Source of the DNA: Iphione sp. A-MEVVRFRX5
Taxonomy: Eukaryota
DNA length: 64,000 bases
Assembly: GCA_976226885.1 (NCBI GenBank)
Contig: OZ320316.1
Coordinates: forward strand, 39,742,001-39,806,000
Direction: 5' to 3'
In this document: one piece after another, positions 13,137 to 26,182 of the stretch
How positions within the stretch are numbered: the stretch's first letter is position 1
Layout of the letters: each line of letters begins with the position of its first letter
Translations under genes and position numbers: made by a program
The notes under the pieces: generated by a model
What the model was told of the DNA's origin: nothing
Databases searched by the model: none
What the model saw: only the letters and a program-made list of their open reading frames with translations

Positions 13137-16100
13137 GATACTTCTGCTGAGATGCATGGACATATTGGACGCGGAGCGGGAGTCCGATCACACACACACT
13201 CACACACACATGGAAACCCACACATACACTTGCAAACACTGCGTGTCACAAGGAGAGGACAGTGGGGTGCTGTGCCCACTTCGGCCTCGTTCCCGCGATA
13301 AATGCTCGGAGAAAATGGACTACTTTGAGAGAGAGGCGCCGAGGCCTTTGGTGCAGGCAGCGCCAGCAGCGGTAGCTGGGGCCGACATAGGGGGCCAGTG
13401 GCACCAGCCGCTTTCTCAGCGCAGGAAAAGAGAATGGCCCGTCCACCTTGCCCCTACCCTTCCCTGAGGCGCGCAACCCCCCCCCCCCCCCCACCACCAC
13501 CACCACCATTCTTTCTGCCCGGTTGCCTACTGTGCACGCCCCTAGGGGGGCGAGCCTGCCCCTAGCCAGGACAAACCGTGATAGATGGATTTTAAAATCC
13601 CCCTCGCCCCACAAGGATGGGAGGGCGGTCTGCCCTGGGAGAGATGGCACCGTGCACCCTGAGGGGTTGAGGTTGCTGGAGGGAAGGGGCAGCCTAGGGA
13701 AAGTGCGCGCATACGGGGACTGCGAGAGAGGGCGAAGACCGGTGATGGGCGGTTGGTGGAAGAACACGTAGGCCTACTAAATAGTGTTCACCGACCAGTG
13801 AAAACGTTTCGGAGCCTCTCAAACTATGCCCAGCGTCGGTAATACATCAATTCTCTGGACAGGTAGAAAAAAAAACAGAGGAAAGCTTCGGTGGTGAACT
13901 TTATCAGCTCAACTGCCAGTAAGGTATTTTGCTCGTCAGCTGAGCAAAACAAGTGGGAGGCCGCAACCTAGGCGATGTGTTGGCTGGGGAACTGGACAGA
14001 ACCGTTAGTAATGAGGCTTCTTAGTTTACGTCACATTTATCAAGGTAACACGTGCTGAAGGTGAATATTGTGTTAGCACTTTTACTGGGCCAGAAACAGG
14101 TAATATTCGCCTCACACTGTTTACCTTTAGATTAACTTAATTATCTGTATGTTCAATGCCTGTGTATAACTGTGCGCATGAATATGGATATAAATGTATG
14201 AACCTGCACCTTCAGGGCATGACAGCCAGGTACGCATGCCTTGCCTCGGTGTGCATGTGTATATGACTCAGTGTGCGGTGACATATTCCGTGGTAATGAA
14301 GGCCAAGGTGAACCAGCATCCCTTACTGCACTGATCAGAGAAGTTGTGCCCACTGGGATTAGGATCGTTGTAGGGACAACAATGCTGCCGGAACTCTAGA
14401 CGTGAGTAATAACTAGCCAAGACAAAGCTGGCCCGGCCGGTCCTTTTAACGCCGCCTACCGTGGTCCCCTGGCACTAGGCAGTGGACTGTCGGGAGGTTG
14501 GCGGGAGGGAGGGAGGTGATGGGTGAAGAACAGCATGGTGCGTTGGGGGCGGTTTACAACAAGGACAACGCGATGTTTAATCTTAAAAATGTTTGACTTT
14601 TCCATGAAAGAACGAGAAAAAAAAGTAGAATAAAAGGGGCAAATGTGCATATTTATTACTACCTACGTCTTATATATCCTCAAACCCTTGATGCAACGTT
14701 AATCCCTCCGAAGTACATGGCCAATATTGCACCGCTAAGTCAACGGTGGAGGCATTCACCAGCATCAATAGTTCTGGTACAGAGAGAAGAAATGGTGACC
14801 AAACGCCTCGCGCCCTGGCCACCTATAATATCATGCACCGCCCATCCAGCACCCAACCCTTGCAACACCTTAACATCCCTACCAATACAGTATCCAGTAA
14901 CACACCAAACAACGCTTACCTACCACTCGTAAGGCAAGAGGAACGCACAAAACCTGCACATCAAAGTGTCGCGGCATCCAGGAGCAGATACCTTGATCTT
15001 ATGCTTTGATAGGGTAAACATTGCTATTGTCTGAAGGGCCCGTCAGCGCGTCCCCAAAATCAATACCAATGGAAAACATCGTTAGTGCAGAAAATGATGC
15101 CTCTGTAGCCTTCGCCTAACTAGATGGTGACGAAAGAACACAGCACAAGAGGAGACCTTTTAGTGGATCCTTTTAACCTTGGCTGTTTCAGACGGTGTTG
15201 TTTCACATAAAAGACAATCGTGTATCATATATGCTACTTAAAACACTGTCCCAGTGCGTGTTTGTATTAATGCGCTTCTCGTCTTTTTGAGGGCGGCCGG
15301 ATGATTGCGAAAATATACGGGGTGATTCGAGACAAGGTGTTTTATTTCAAAGCTGCTGTCTGTGGAGGAGACTCTCCGATCATTCATGGGCGGATTTGGT
15401 TACAGGGTATTTTGAAAAGAATGTCACTACTTGAACTCATGGAAACAAAGCACTGACCGCGCAAAAGGCTGGGCCCTCTCTGCCTTGGCTTCTAGAGCAA
15501 AAGAGAACGCTTGCTTGCTGCCGCAAGTCCTGGATGGACAAGCATCAGTCTCAAGTTCACCTGAGAGTGCGCTCGTTTGATCTGTTATCATTCACGTGAA
15601 ATTTTTCTTGGGTCTCTGCCAGTCACTGCAAAGATCGTCTCCAAAGATGAATAAAAACAGAGTGGAATATTTAATGATGGTGCCCCCCGAGGGAGGACTT
15701 CCTTGGCGACGACTTGTGATAAATAATGGAGAAAGGCTGAGGATGTCCTTTGGCATGGTGGTGTGATTTACAATGATTCCTTTTCCGCCATTTAGACCCT
15801 TTACTTTCAGTACCCTTTAACCTCAAGGGCATGATTGCCACACCCTGCTGCTATGTATAAGGAGCTTTGTACTTTATATCCTTTGTTGAAAGCACTATAA
15901 CAATTCTATACGAGGAATTTTCCATCTTTTAAAGCCCTTTGGAGCTTTCCATACAACAGGTGAACCATTCTCATTTAGACGAGTCACCCTCTTGGGTCGA
16001 TACATAAACACATGTTCATACATTAATAGATTTAGTAATCTACATCTACCTGCTGTATACGTATACATGTCTGTGAAATCGATATATATAACACTACCTA

Positions 16101-16151
16101 CATGTCCTTGCTCGGAGTAGGGGACTATGTACTAGCGCTGGTTCGGTTAAA

Positions 16152-16161
16152 CCATAATAGG
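16152..16161. promoter_or_regulatory. CArG box (SRF-type)
   Basis: CCATAATAGG = CC(A/T)6GG. Confidence 0.25.
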
Positions 16162-17210
16162 CGATGCCAACAACTTGGAACACAAACCGAGATGGGCTAG
16201 TGAGAGGGAGAGAGAGGCACACGGGAGGACCATGCTATGATCTAATACGGTAGCACCCGTGATGTCATCAATAATTCAGACCAGCCCGTGTTGTAACAAT
16301 GAGATGAGTAAATAGAGCAGCTCACCCGCCGCACCTGTCCGCGCTGACCCTTCATGATTTATCTATCGCTTACCGCCATAAATCAGACCATTAACTAGCT
16401 TCAGTCGTAGGATCATCATGTGTAGACCACACCGGCCGGCTTCACTGTCTATACGGGCCACCAAACGGTATAGAACCACGTGAGAGAACGGAAACAAGAT
16501 GCAGGGAGAGAAATGGGTATGGATGAAGTTGTGGAACTATATAGACAGACCTGTAGAACACATGGGCATGTACATACCAACACATGAACATGTAAATGAT
16601 ATGCGTCTCTGCATCATGTGCAATTATCCATTTAAAGGTTTCTGTTTTCACATTTACTCTATATATGAAATTAGCTAGCGAGTATCCCAAAACTCTTATA
16701 TTCGTGTTAAAAAATGACGCTATATTTATGTATTTATTATATGTACATGTAAATGTAATTTATTGATATATGCATTGTTGAATCCAGGTACATGCGTTAT
16801 GTTCTTAATCTGCTCATGACAGGACCACGATCTTGTTTACTGTTGAAGCTGACCACGAAACATAATGTCCTTTGTTGTCCTTGAATAACCTAACTGGCAA
16901 GGATGGCCATCCAAGGGAAATGCCTGGGTTGCTGGGTAGGGCGGGTGGGTGGGAGGTATTACCTGGCCGACCCTAACGACAAAACATGCATTGCGTGCCG
17001 GAGGCCTTAATGGTCGGTCCCCTCAGACTCAACGGGCGGGGCAAAAGGAAAAAACATAAAAAAGTACGCTGGGCTATAACCACGTGCCCTGGCCCCGATG
17101 CTGATATCTACATGACCTCTACATTTTTGTATGGGGAAGCACAAGTACGGTCGTTATATTGCTGGGGGATTATAATATGTGGATCAAATATATGAGAGCA
17201 CATGTATGGA

Positions 17211-17230
17211 TGTGTGTGTGTGTGTGTGTG
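17211..17230. repeat. (TG)10 microsatellite
   Basis: Direct reading. Confidence 0.95.
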
Positions 17231-18323
17231 TTTGAATACACCTATCAGGTGATGTACTCGGACTGTCGCCATGAGCCATCGACTGCGCTTAATCTCAGAC
17301 TGATGAAAAGTGGCGAAGCAATTTCTCACTTCCCTAAACAGCCTCGATCCTCTCCTCCACCCGCCACTGCCTTCTCTGCCACTGTGCACTCTAATTTTCA
17401 ACAGTCCTGAATGACACCTTCACCTTTTTTTAGCCGGCTCGCCGCGTGTGTACACTTTCAAATCATCACAATGTGTAGACTTGGGCGGTGCTGTGTTTCC
17501 AATGAGCGCCTTTCACTGCCGATTAAGCCATTCGGATTCACTGACACATTTGGTGACAAAGTAAATTCATCCCTGTTCGCGAGGCGCAATATTCTTGCCT
17601 TTCTCAATGGGGATGGGCCGCGCACGCGCCGTGTGATCAGCGACAAAAGCTCTAAGGATTTAAAAGCCGATAGCTTAGCTTCCCCTCACCATGCAGCTGC
17701 AGAGCTATGCTTTTTCGTGCACTTCCCCGCTATTCCAGGTTCGGCTCCTTAAATTAAATTTGAATATCTTTTAATCAAATTCTATCAAATTAAAATTTAA
17801 GAGCATTTGAATTGATGGTTGGAGTTTGTTTGGTCGGCGGCCATCAACTGCAGCTTAAGCAGAAGGGGGTGATTTTTACACCGACCGCTTGACGCATATT
17901 GATTGCACCCGGCCGTCGGTTTCAGCTGTCTCAGAACTTATGAAACAACGCATACTTCATGTAGAATTAAGCTTAATGCCACGTACAGAAAACAAATGGT
18001 CATTGGGCTGGTCTCCGGAATGATGAAAGAAAGTGTAATGAAAAACTAATAGTAGCGAATTAATCAACCAAGATCAACTTATGCCCCCCCCCCTTTCTAG
18101 TCTCTGTGACTTTATGAATTTCCCGTCGAGGATGGCTGGAACATCCACTATTTCTGCTTCTAGAGGCATGTTAATGTACTTAGGCAACTACTTTCCACAA
18201 CAATGGAATCTTTGGCCAAGTTCGTCTCTTTGTTTCTTTGGATCAAGAGCAATTGCTGATGATTGTGCGCATTGGATAGAAAAGAGAAGTTTGTCTACAC
18301 CTGAGTCAAAGACGCTTATTTAT

Positions 18324-18351
18324 AGACTACTTACGAAAGACTACTTACGAA
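18324..18351. repeat. Perfect 14-bp tandem duplication
   Basis: agactacttacgaa occurs twice in tandem. Confidence 0.9.
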
Positions 18352-19451
18352 GTGAAACAACTTTGAAATGGAATCTAAATGCCCTCAACAAGTGGGCGCT
18401 CCAATCCATAGTGGTTTCAGAGGCCGCTAGGGCGTTACCTCTTCCTGTCTTCTTGTCTTAAGATATAGTCTGAATCACTAAGTGGAACTCGTCGGTTCTA
18501 ACCCTAAAAATAAATTCACAGTTGAGCGCCTCATTGAGACTTTGCAGGCAGGTACAAAGCGAATTGAAGACCCCGCCTATCACAAAAGGCCACACCTGGA
18601 GCCAGCCGTTACTTTGATCTTTCCCGAAAGGTGTGTCTCTATTAGCTGCATGTGCCGCGCGTGAAAAATCAAAGCGTCAAACATCGCCACTTTTTCCACC
18701 TTTCTTTCTCTCGGCTCTGTCTCTGGCGTGAGTTTTTATTTTACACCCATTGAAAAAGAGACCTGCAATTTGAATTTGATGAGTCTGAACTGGGTGGCCT
18801 CATCAAGGGAGGTTGGGCAGTGTTTACCGTCTGCGGAGTGGTGCGTGATGCCGAACCGTTCGCCACACCTTTGCCGCTCCCCCTCCCCTCCACCCGCTGG
18901 CCCACCTGGGTTCTGCCTACCTCTATGTCGCCGCGCAGTCCGCGCGGGCCACGCGTCATTCGTAGCGTCGTTTATGGCGCGGTTTTTTGTGCGGCATGGT
19001 CGCCTAATGACGAGATATTTCTTAATGAGTTGAGTGCCGCAATGCCTCAAGGTCTGCTACCTAAGGTGGCGCGTAGGGTCGAGATCAAAGAGGTGGGCGG
19101 CGGACGGAGGATCGTTACGAATTGAAGCCAGGTGGCACTAGAGCGGACAGGCGCACTGAAACATACTCGCCTGTCCTTTCTGCCCGATGGCGGAGCCCAT
19201 TGGACACCAAATGAGATGTGAAATTTACGAACCAAACTCCATGTCATAACCACATGAGGAATCCAACAAGATGACGGACCAACAGTACATGGGCATCCCT
19301 TTAAATGTGATACGATTAGCCGTCAACACAAGTTCGTAAAGCTCTTACGGATGGCCGGGAACCGTCAAAGCACTCAGAATGACGTGTACTGACTGGACAT
19401 TATATCTACCTGTCGGCTCGATGTAGGTAGTTCGTTCACCTCCGGTCCAGA

Positions 19452-19595
19452 GGCAGAGAAAATAGAAGGAAAGATAGAATCAGACAGAGACACAGAGAAA
19501 GACACAGACGGAGAGACAGAGGAAGAGGGAGACAGGCACAGACAGATAGACAGATAGACAAACAGACAGACAGACAGACAGAAAACGAGACAGAA
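19452..19595. repeat. Purine-rich (GACA/GA)n compound microsatellite
   Basis: Direct reading; it forms a long pyrimidine tract on the minus strand. Confidence 0.9.
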
Positions 19596-20829
19596 ATAGG
19601 CGCGGAGACAAAGGTTCTTCAAATAAGTAAAAAAAAGATCCCACAAACCAATGACCGTTTTGTCCTAAACGCAATTACACAATGAATGATTCTACGATTT
19701 AGTAGGCCATTCCACTTCGAATACTGAATCCGTCCAGTTCCCTTTCTGAAGAGGATGTAGGCGGATTATCATCTGCTGGAAAGCTCTATAGTTGTTTGCT
19801 GCCGGCCGGCAGCGAACATGTCATCGTGGCGTGACGCTAGCAGTGTGAGCTGGTGGACATTTTAATTGCTCGCAGCGGCTGGTGAGCGCCTCGCTAGCGG
19901 GGCCGGAGGTAACGAGACAGGTGAGCAGGACAAGGCAGCGTGTGGCCAGGAGTCGAGTTGCTCTTACCGCCCACCCATCCGCCGCTAGCTTCCCTCCCAC
20001 CCACGAGGAACCCTCTGCGACCACGATGAACCATGAGCAGCTTACAGATCTGCTTTTGCTCATAATCATCTACAACAGCGTATCTTGAATCTACCAATGT
20101 TATCCATGTGCTGATGAAATACGTTTACTCTATGAGATGAATACCAATGAGAGGATCTCCTGCCGTATTTACAAAAAAAAGTCAATGCTTCAAAAAATAA
20201 ATTTTCTGTTCACAGAAATCGGAGCGACCACATCACTCTCGTCAAAATATCTGTATTTTCTCGTTCTTGACGAATGGTACGAACGCAAACTTATGAATCT
20301 GGACTCCACAACAGACAGACATGTTCTTTATTAGCGTCTGATGTTGTGAGTGGCAGCTTTGGGTGTTATTGTGAAAGTCGAGCAGCTTCGCGTTTCCCAG
20401 CCGTTAGAGCTTTTTATGTGGGCGATGACAGCCACGTTGCGGTGCATCAAACTCAACGCATCCATCAAGATGTATGTGGGTCCATCTCAGGGGAGCCTCC
20501 TATGGACTCACCACTACAGTCTGCCTTTCGTCTAGTGCTTCTCAGCTGCCTTCCCCGACCTCTACCCCCCGAAAAAAACCCTTGGTAGAGCCAGTGTCCG
20601 CGATGCCATAAAACCTCTCCCTCTACCCGACCGAAGCAGTGCCTTTCAACTAACAGTCTTACTGATCCCCTCCGCATTGTTCTGTCGGGCCCGTGGGCCT
20701 ACTTGTCCTAAGCCCACACCGTCGAACCTGCCCCCAACCCACGAATCGACCACTCGAAGCTCTCACGCCATCACCGCATAATGACCTTGGTATAAACACA
20801 GGATATGTCATGTTTTGTCTCTCCCTCAA

Positions 20830-20842
20830 GGGTCAGGGTTCA
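20830..20842 (+). promoter_or_regulatory. Perfect DR1 nuclear-receptor element
   Basis: GGGTCA g GGTTCA. DR1 is the established element for COUP-TF, RXR homodimers and HNF4. Confidence 0.35.
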
Positions 20843-22350
20843 CGACGTCTGTTTCAGGAAAGTGCTTTTGCCCCGGGTTTCTCTGTCTGAAAGTCATCTA
20901 TTTTTCCTCGCTTCTTTACTTTTTTTTCCCACCTCATCCGCATGTAGTTGGAATAGGAACTACAACCAAATATCGGTGAAATGAAGATTATACGTCCAAG
21001 TACACAGAGCCCGCTGACGTATAGTTCATACTGCAATCGGTGGCAGTGAATGTCGAAGGCCACGGGTTCCTCTGGCGGGGCCGGCCAGTTGCCGCGGCTT
21101 CCCGGCGGCCAGCCACCGTTGAACCCTGAGTGGTCAGTGCCGTGTCGAGGGCAGCTCCCCGGGCCCACCCCCGATCACATTTTTCATAGCTCGGCCGAGT
21201 GCGCAGCTGATTTGTGGTCCGCCCCCGTTCGGCATGGTTGATGGGGCAAGCAATTTGTTGCTGGCCATTTCCACGTCGGCACAGCATGGCCCGGACGTGA
21301 TCCGGTCTGTGCCCGGGCCTTGTAAACTGTCCCCTGCCTGACCAGCGGCCCCTTCAACCAAGAGAATTGGTGCCCGACCTGGCCCTCCCATCGCCCGGCC
21401 CAGCACGACAGGAGGATAGTCGGCCTACGTGATTTTTCATAACCTGTATGACAGGCTCATCTGTGAGCCTGCTCCGGGCAGTCGAGCGGGTTAAAGGTGG
21501 CTGGGTCAGAGTTTACCGGCGCGGAGAAAACAGGTCGGCCAACCCGCTCGCACGGAGTGGGTAGCGCCCCCCTCCCAACCTGCACCAAGGTCCACTAGTC
21601 GAGCAAAAAAATGCATTTATCCCTGCGTGGTAAGAGTGGCTAATTTGGCCATTGGGGGCTAATGCTTCATGCGAAATGGCGACTCACGATCGGCGGTTAC
21701 CGAAGGGCCATTCGTCATGGCTCAGAATGGACTGACCATTGTGCTTCCAGCCTGTCAATGCCCCCGGCCTGCAACCCGAATGCACACAAAAAATCAACTT
21801 GTCCCGCCTGATATGACACCTACGCCGCCTGGCGCGCCATTCCTCATCGCGATCTGACGTCGCATCTGATCCCCGCCGCCCGCACCGGCCATCACATAAG
21901 AGGTTCGGCCCGCCAGGCTTTTTTGTGTGGATTTACATAAACAAACACTGGTTCGACCGGCGTCCAGCAAGGCCACTATCGCCCACTTGTCCCCTGCGCA
22001 ATATTTCATCACTTATTCTGACAGCATGTTTGATCTTTCGCACCCTTGGCGACACGGTCTCAATAGCGAGCCGATGACCACTTTTGATCTAGCTGTCTTC
22101 TGATTTAACTGGTTTTGCAGTGCGGGGAGACCCGCCAGATGACATAACAGTCGTCCTGACGGGGAGCTGTCGAGAGGGATGGTGGAGGGCGCATGGCCTA
22201 TATTCGGCGTCCTTGGGGACAGTAGGTCGACGGGTGTGCCCCGTCTGCCTGCTGCAGCCTTCAACTTGACCAGGGTCCCTTTTTCCCGGGTCCATTCCCT
22301 GGATCTTGTGCCGAGGCCTGGACCATGCCGGCTCATTGCTTCGACGCCAC

Positions 22351-22516
22351 CACCGTCACACCACCACCACCGCCACCACCACCACAGCCGCTGCCTGCAC
22401 CATTGCTACCGCACCTCCGCCTCAGCCGCCGCTTCTGACGCTGCCGGCGGTGGAAGTGGTGCCGGTGGTGCCATTGGTTCACATCTGCTGCTGCTGCTGT
22501 TCCTAGAACCATTGCA

Positions 22517-22561
<45 letters not shown>

Positions 22562-22640
22562 ACAGTAGGTTGCAGGCACTCTTGGTGCCATGCACTCCTA
22601 CCGCGGTTATTGCCACCGACGCCACCATCGCGCTGCTTAC
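22351..22640. repeat. Trinucleotide-repeat GC island: (CAC)n, (CTG)5 and (CTG)4-TTG-(CTG)9
   Basis: (CAC)-rich 22357-22386, (CTG)5 at 22485-22499 and a CTG run at 22518-22559. Such tracts are common in 5' regions of developmental genes (inference). Confidence 0.9.
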
Positions 22641-23032
22641 CGCTGTCCGCGACTGAGCGCTTCGCAAGCCATTGAAGACTGTACGACGAGCGTAATGTAC
22701 AGGTCCATTATGGACGAAAAAGCACGTCCGGCGCCCACACTGTCATGGATGCCGGCCATCGGAAACAGCGGGCCCGACGCCTCGCACGGAGACATGTGCA
22801 GCTTTTGTCGCTGGCCGGCACACTGGCCAATGGCGGCCCGACACTTACATTGTGTTATGCCATTGTGCGCAACGCACACAATGCCTACCACTTGACAATG
22901 GCTACTGCACCAACGTTACCTGCACGCTGAGTGTGTTCACCGCTGTTCGAAGGAGCACCATGTGGAAAGAGAGCGGGCAAGCTGAAGGAGAGAGGAAGCG
23001 CGAAGAGAACATGTTAAAGCGTCCCACATCGA

Positions 23033-23048
23033 GGGTCAGACTGGGTCA
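23033..23048 (+). promoter_or_regulatory. Perfect DR4 nuclear-receptor element
   Basis: GGGTCA gact GGGTCA. DR4 is the established TR/RXR or LXR/RXR spacing. Confidence 0.3.
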
Positions 23049-26000
23049 GCATGTAAGCGCCTGTCGGGCTGAACATCAAAAGGGCACCTCCATGTACCCC
23101 CACCATCGCTGAGAGCTGGGCAGTGTTGACGGCGCCCCCTATTGCGGCCGGCATGCACTTCTGAAACACCCTACCTAAGGCCCTCAACTTTCTCACCAAA
23201 CTCTTATCCCCCCCCCCAGGCTGACCTTCGCTCTTGTTTCCAGCAAGCGATTCCCCAGCTCCTATCTCCACCTCTCATCCTCCATTACCTCCACGTATGC
23301 CCCACATCGACGTCCCCAGCCGTCTCCAAAGTGTCACCAGGTACGCGCGATATCCAGCTAACTGCGGTTAGACTCTCATGTAGAATACATCCGCTTCCAC
23401 ACCAAGAGTGCGTGTAGCTTTAAACGTACAAACACACGCGTAGCTTGGTCCAATAACCCAATGATGGCCAGCTGATTGTGATCAAGGCAAAACGTCCTCG
23501 GTGTCCATCCCCCTCCCCGAAGAGGTTTCGCTGTGCGTCACAGAGTACATCGTCAACGCCTGCATGGTTACAGAGGCGAAATCCCACCTGAACCTCATCA
23601 TAACTTCAAAGGGCAGCCAACCTCCCATTTTGTTTTCCCCTCTTTTTTTTATCCCCCCACGAGAAAGTCGCAGGTCGGTGTGGAACTCCCGCAGCCAAGC
23701 AGACCGTGTATAACCCTCGATATGCCGCGCACGTAACGGGCTGGAAATGGGTTCTACGGCGGCCCAGTAACACTGAAGCTCCAAACAAAGGACTGAAAGC
23801 GAATCCCCAGAAACCAGTTTGTGAGGGATTACTCAACAATACCCGATAGCTGGGTGATTGGCGGCTGTCTGCCGCTGCTGGTGGGTGTAATTGGACCGTT
23901 CTGTACCGATGCCAAGTTATCTTCTTGGCAGAGGGAGTCATGAGGTTATGAAGAATCGCGCAAACATGTCTTGTTTTCATTGTAACCAAACCTCTCGTTT
24001 TTAGACGAGGTATGGTCACACGTATTCTGATTCTTTCTTTTTTCAGGCCCAGGAAATAAACTTTAAGCTTGACAGTGCTATGGGATAGATCAAATCAGCT
24101 ACTGCCTGTATGTTTGTGGAGACTGGTAACAACTGTATCAAGTTTGTAAATTGTATCACCAATCCTCCCAATATCGTCTTGGTTAGGTGCCCCGCGTACC
24201 GCATCTCATAGAAGTCTCCATTGAGTAGACACTTTAATACACGTGCATTGTACGTGCCTGAGGCTCTAACACCTTTCGCATACAGGGCTTTCGCATGTGT
24301 AAGATGGACTTCGAGCATTGGCGGCAAAGGTGCTTGGTGAACTCTGTTGATCTTGCCAAGTTGTGCAAAGCTGCGCCTACCCTCTCGCCGAGCCCTGACC
24401 GCGACATTTGCATAGAAAGTGGTCATTGTGGCGAGTAAAGACGGATGGGCACAGTCATGTGACGGTGCGCGGACTGTCCACGTGCTCCACGTGGGAGGGA
24501 GGGTGGGAAAGAGTGGAATGGGTGGTTAGCTCTGGAAGGGATGGTGTCACAGAGCACAGGAATGACAAACAGGTGAGATAGACCACACCACCGAGATAAA
24601 TGAATTGGCCTTGGCTGGCCAGCACCGATGTGCCCTTGGCTCAACCGGCTACAATTTGTTGTCCCCAACTTCCACGAAGGCTGCCTTGCATCAGAACGAA
24701 GACTAGGGTGTTCTTGTGTATTGATCACTCAAGGGCGCCTCCCTTTGCATCTTGTACGTTTTTCTTTAAGCATCATTTCACAATCCTTGGACATATTTCT
24801 GCATCCAAACCTCTTAATTTGCTCATCCCATCTATTTGCCCCCATTACAAGAGATGAATGGATGCCTGGCGTTCACATTAGAAATTCAAATAATGTTGCA
24901 TAAAAAAGAAAGGGGCGGCGTGTGCTTTCGTAAACCCCTGCTGTCAAGAGAGCAAAAAGAAAAATCAAAAAAATTATGTCAACGCGACAAACACATTATG
25001 ATAGCATTATAGAGTGTCTTTCAATTAAATGAACTTTTTTCCAGGAGTGGGTGTTAACAGGATGACAGACAACGATCGATGGTTTGCTGCTATTCATTTG
25101 TGCGATAAAACCTTCAGCATCCGCACGAATACTGATCCGGTTTCTGCATCATTTTGCATAAAAGTGTAGCTGATTGTCACGTATTCATTAACAATTAAAG
25201 CAACCTCCTCGAAGGCAATACAATTTTGGTTTGTTTAAAGTGTAATATTGGCCAAACGTTTATTTTGCAGTAGGTTCCAATGTGAATACATACGCCACAT
25301 TACCCTACAAAAAAATGTTCTGATTCTGAAAGTCCCTCAACTCTGATGCAAATAGAATAATTTCATTTAATGTCATGTAGACAAAAATTATACAGACTAA
25401 TTACTAAAACGTTTCAAAATTTGCTAAATCTGTGTCATGTGTGAAGTTACTTTTCCGAACAAAAAATTATCTTTAAAGGTGCCCGGAACAACCCTTTTTC
25501 GAATTTTAGCATCTCATTAATATATTTTACTATTTAATGTGATTGTATTAAGGACATTCACAGGATAATACTGGGGGGACAAAAATAACTTTCTTGTAGG
25601 ATTAAACCTGAAATGGAGAGGTAGGTAGAAAAATGTAGTACAAGAATAATTGGAAGTGCCATGTTTTACACACCTTTATGGTCCACGATCGATGTCAGGG
25701 CGTGCATTTTAAGGATGTTAGCCAACAAGCTGGCAAAATACACCTGTAATGAGAAGTTGAGAGAGGAAGAGCTGAGAGAGTGGGAGGGGGCTGCGTAAAT
25801 GGGGGGGGGGTGGAGGCAGACGGGCATCCTGTCTGTTGCGCGGCCCCGGCTAGGGCCAGCATTCCGGGCAGGTACAAAAATCACATCCCACTCTCCCAAA
25901 CATCTCAGGTATCGCTAACCAATAGCGCTTTTCCTGCTTTGTAATGCATTGGACAGTCTCGCAGGAAGACGCGGCTGAAAGCTGAGCAACGACCGCCGTG

Positions 26001-26168
26001 AAAAAACACTGCCCGCTTCGCTCTCCCTTTACCTGTCCCCACCCTCCCACTACACCTTACCGCGTTTGAGGAAACAGCAATGATTGGCTGTTTTGGCCGC
26101 GGAAAGGATCCAGGGAAGGGTTTTCTCACAGGGTCAGGGGCGTCGTCCAAGCCCCAAGACGCTATTAA

Positions 26169-26182
26169 GTTACCATAGTAAC
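26169..26182. promoter_or_regulatory. RFX X-box (consensus match)
   Basis: GTTACCATAGTAAC matches GTTRCCATRGYAAC exactly. Confidence 0.5.

Noticed and set aside
24043-24426. 127-aa minus-strand ORF with ordinary composition
   Set aside because: No recognisable family; ORFs of this length are expected by chance in 128 kb of sequence on both strands.
11369-25466. Shared AAGTTACTT...CGAACAAAAAA at 11369-11388 and 25444-25466
   Set aside because: Short, A-rich and interrupted by an indel; flanks do not align, so a repeat family cannot be claimed.
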